Assembly: GCA_965116875.1 (NCBI GenBank)
Contig: OZ220733.1
Location: 1,376,001-1,440,000, forward strand
Length of the DNA stretch: 64,000 nt
Direction of reading: 5' to 3'
DNA from: Candidatus Latescibacterota bacterium
Lineage (GTDB): Bacteria > Latescibacterota > UBA2968 > GCA-2709665
Both the position numbers and the translations under genes were made by a program. A model generated the notes under the pieces. It had not been told where the DNA came from. It saw only the letters and a list, made by a program, of their open reading frames with translations, and searched no databases. Shown piece after piece: positions 62,553 to 64,000 of this stretch (position 1 is the first letter of the stretch; each line of letters starts with the position of its first letter).

Positions 62553-62990
62553 TCATCTGGCCGACCTGACTCTGCGAACCTGATCGTAGACGAGGAATCC
62601 CAGACCGAGACCCGCGTTGAGCAGCACGGGAATGCGGTAAACGCTGACGACTTCGTACCTGAAAACGGCTCCCGAGGCGCCCGCGGAGACAATCAGAAAC
62701 GAGAGGGCGATAAGGGGCCTGCAGATCGACGGCGGCGCAAACACGGCGGTACCGATCAACAGGAGAGCCGCGTGGAAGATGAAGAAGCCGGCGTAGCCGT
62801 TTCGGACGGCCATGGCGTACTGCCAATCGTACCTGAAAGCCCAGACCAGGTAGACGTGGGCGACCGCAACCAGCGCAACCAGGGCGATTGCCGGGCGGCT
62901 GAACGTGCCCCTGGCGCCAAGTACCAGATTCGCAGACAGCCCGACATAACCCAGAAAAGCCAGAAGAAAAGTGAAGTTTTCGAGCGTCAA
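62553..62990 (-). CDS. Hypothetical integral membrane protein
   Basis: About five hydrophobic segments; start uncertain. Confidence 0.65.
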   Translation of the reverse strand: MTLENFTFLLAFLGYVGLSANLVLGARGTFSRPAIALVALVAVAHVYLVWAFRYDWQYAMAVRNGYAGFFIFHAALLLIGTAVFAPPSICRPLIALSFLIVSAGASGAVFRYEVVSVYRIPVLLNAGLGLGFLVYDQVRRVRSAR

Positions 62991-63187
62991 GACGAGGTCG
63001 TTTTCCGCAGCGGTGAAGCCGGGCGAGGATACCAGGACCCGTGGAGAGCAGGCTGGTATCGTATGCAGAAGCCGTGAGAGGGAACTGGACACCGGGGCGG
63101 TTCGGTACGGGGTACGGGAAGGCAGCCGGCCCGGAGCCGACTGTTGGGACGTGATTTGGCAATTTCAGGAAATGGGATCGAATCCAG

Positions 63188-63272
63188 CAGCCCGTTGAAA
63201 AAGTCCATCCGGGCTCGCTTGCCTTCCGGGACTTCACTGGCAGGCCTGCAGAGCGACTTCATCAACGGACTG
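63188..63272 (+). repeat. MITE family A variant (85 bp, different core)
   Basis: Shares cagcccgttgaaaaagtccatccgggct and gcctgcagagcgact.catcaacggactg ends; no clear target duplication. Confidence 0.75.
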
Positions 63273-63326
63273 CTGCAAACGCGACGGCGCACGTGAATTG
63301 CCCGCGGGGTGTTCCGCTTCGTGTTG

Positions 63327-64000
63327 TTACTCTCCGGTGTCGACGGGGTTCTTGATGCGATCGATCTTGTCCTCGCAGTACTTCTTGAATTTGCGATCTC
63401 TGAGACCCCTGGAGTAGTTCTGTATCGCTTTTTCCTTCCATCCCTGGGGCCGCCACGCGTCGTACACGTCGCCCATGATGACGTACGCCGGCACGCCGAA
63501 TCTTCGGTCCCGCGCGGCTCTCCTGGCATAGTTGAGGGCGTTCTGGTATTGTTTGAGTTCAAAATAGGCGACCGCCGCCCGGTACCGGGCCTCGCTGTCT
63601 CTGGAATCCAGCGCGAGCGCCTGCTGATACGCGGACACGGCGCTTTTGTAATTCTTCCCCAACGCGTGGGAGTACCCCAGCGCCGTGTAGATTCTGACTT
63701 TGTCTCTCTTGGTGGGCGCCACCGCGACGCCCTTTCTGAGGATAGAGACCGCTTTTGAATGTTGTTTTGTCTGATTGTACACAACGGCCAGGCTGCGGTA
63801 GGCGTTGATGTTCTTCCTGTCTTTGCAATTCGGATCGCTGTCGATCGCCTTGCCGTAACTCCGGATCGCCCGGCTGCTTCTCTTGGTGAGCCGATACAGA
63901 TCACCCAGTTGTCGATGGGCCTTGGCGTACGTGGGATTGAGCTCGACGGCCGTTGTAAACGCGGTCTCGGCCTGCTTGATCTTGCGCGCGTTTCTGGCGG
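63327..64000 (-). CDS. TPR-repeat protein, C-terminal part (5' end beyond window)
   Basis: Frame open to the window edge: AFTTAVELNPTYAKAHRQLGDLY, AVSAYQQALALD..DSEARY, AYVIMGDVY. Confidence 0.85.
   Translation of the reverse strand, partial: ARNARKIKQAETAFTTAVELNPTYAKAHRQLGDLYRLTKRSSRAIRSYGKAIDSDPNCKDRKNINAYRSLAVVYNQTKQHSKAVSILRKGVAVAPTKRDKVRIYTALGYSHALGKNYKSAVSAYQQALALDSRDSEARYRAAVAYFELKQYQNALNYARRAARDRRFGVPAYVIMGDVYDAWRPQGWKEKAIQNYSRGLRDRKFKKYCEDKIDRIKNPVDTGE

Noticed and set aside
61876-63237. 453-aa version of the Nudix ORF
   Set aside because: The upstream extension overlaps a membrane-protein gene and a MITE; the Nudix domain is confined to the last ~210 aa.

Overview
GC-rich bacterial chromosomal segment, mostly housekeeping genes. 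The long SecA with an N-terminal helical insertion and the overall gene set suggest an FCB-group organism such as Latescibacterota or Gemmatimonadota; this is inference only. In order it holds: lgt 3' end, a DUF169/chlorite-dismutase-like pair, an orphan ABC/AAA_21-type ATPase, a short purH, two sigma factors (one in an ECF/anti-sigma/HtrA-like operon), acs, queC, CIRCE-controlled groES-groEL, a rib-nusB-secA cluster, a SpoIVB(S55)/beta-propeller pair, a ~19 kb aromatic amino-acid supercluster (trpEGDCF-tyrS-HMGL-like-trpBA-CM-DAHPS-tyrA-aroA-like-aroE-menG-argS-aroK-aroB), then mnmA, yifB, fabV and amidases. The best find is an unannotated attenuator before trpE. It has a 35-codon leader peptide with 1 Trp, 2 Phe and 5 Tyr codons in 15 residues and complete 1:2 / 2:3 / 3:4 alternative pairings, so it is a candidate trivalent Trp/Tyr/Phe sensor. 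Also notable are an intact AroA homologue and an intact HtrA homologue whose catalytic motifs appear substituted, two MITE families with visible target-site duplications, a His-tailed GroEL, and two gene relics (rlmH, MmgE/PrpD). No rRNA, tRNA, CRISPR array or transposase was recognised. All family calls are by-eye motif recognition, not database results.
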